A DNA stretch of 64,000 nt from Octopus sinensis (taxonomy: Eukaryota). The notes under the pieces are model-generated. The model did no database searches. It worked only from the letters and a program-made list of their open reading frames with translations, and was not told the DNA's origin. The stretch lies in assembly GCF_006345805.1 (NCBI RefSeq), contig NC_043001.1, positions 113,584,001 to 113,648,000 of the forward strand. The letters are read 5' to 3'. The position numbers were made by a program, and so were the translations under genes. Positions within the stretch are counted from its first letter, which is position 1, and each line of letters begins with the position of its first letter. Shown in pieces: positions 63,206-64,000 of the stretch.

Positions 63206-64000
63206 TGTTTTTTTTTTTGCTTATTTTTGCTTTTCCGCCGATGCTGTAGCCATTTGACTAGTCTTCTATAGACTGTGTGTTGTAGAGAGAAACATAGTTT
63301 TACGTAGGGCACATTACCAGTAGATTCTCTGTTGCAATGATGTTCTGACATCTGCTTCTGACTGTTATATGAAGTTCTGGCAAGAGAAAGAAAGACTGAG
63401 AAAGAAAGAGGGAGAGAGAAAGAAGGAGATAGAGATAAATGTATATGTACATATGAATATACGCATATGTATATATGTGTGTGTATGTGAGTGTGTGTGT
63501 GTATGTATGTGCTCATGTGTGCGCGCGTATGTGTGCCTTTTGTGCACGTAGAAATATGCACATATACGTAGAACAAAACGGTAAATCCATTTCATAATGT
63601 AATTAGAACGAGAAGTTTCAGAACCTTTTCGAACAATAAATCGATGAAAAAATGAATGAATAAAGAAAAATCTTTATAGAAATGTTATGAAATTAATAAA
63701 AAAAAAACACCTACTAAATAATTTACCATATATGGTAAATTGTTGCATAGTTTATATTTCATTGAAACGTGGTTTTCGGATTCAATTATATACAAAAGTC
63801 AACACCTGTAAAATAGCAAAGTTTTTACATGAAATTGTAATTGTAACGCTTAGGAAATACAGAATGGTTTTCCTCCACATTTGTACACGCATTTACACAT
63901 ATCATTAAGCACATTCATTCAAACACACACACGCACGCACGCACACGCATAACGTGCATACACAAATATCTTCATACGCACGCAAACATACATACACACA

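Noticed and set aside
2823-63249. Recurrent ORF peptides such as LLSVSVYQIHSQG and KETDRISTGLTKNK
   Set aside because: They are chance frames of SINE A copies. The similarity reflects the repeat, not a protein family.

Overview
AT-rich, microsatellite-saturated eukaryotic DNA, most likely intronic or intergenic sequence of an octopus (coleoid cephalopod). The organism call is an inference from the tRNA-derived SINE families and the repeat density. No host protein-coding gene, rRNA, true tRNA or CRISPR array can be supported; only two weak candidate exons were seen (39922-40032, 43342-43415). Most of the provided ORFs are microsatellite or SINE artefacts. The window holds three tRNA-headed SINE families (many copies), a 1.85 kb 5'-truncated CR1-type LINE, Tc1/mariner (maT-like) remnants and MITEs. 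Two microsatellite-associated retroelement systems stand out. (1) R4/Dong-like RLE retrotransposon pieces, an RT-less bipartite derivative and a non-coding passenger element all sit in (TAA)n arrays, and all in the same polarity. (2) Several short Penelope-like terminal elements sit in (TA)n arrays and carry minimal type-I hammerhead ribozyme motifs. These include a complete hammerhead in the loop of a perfect ~70 bp inverted repeat (28475-28707), a family with a CUGU core variant, and a 3 x 152 bp tandem array. All calls were made by eye; no database search or folding program was run.
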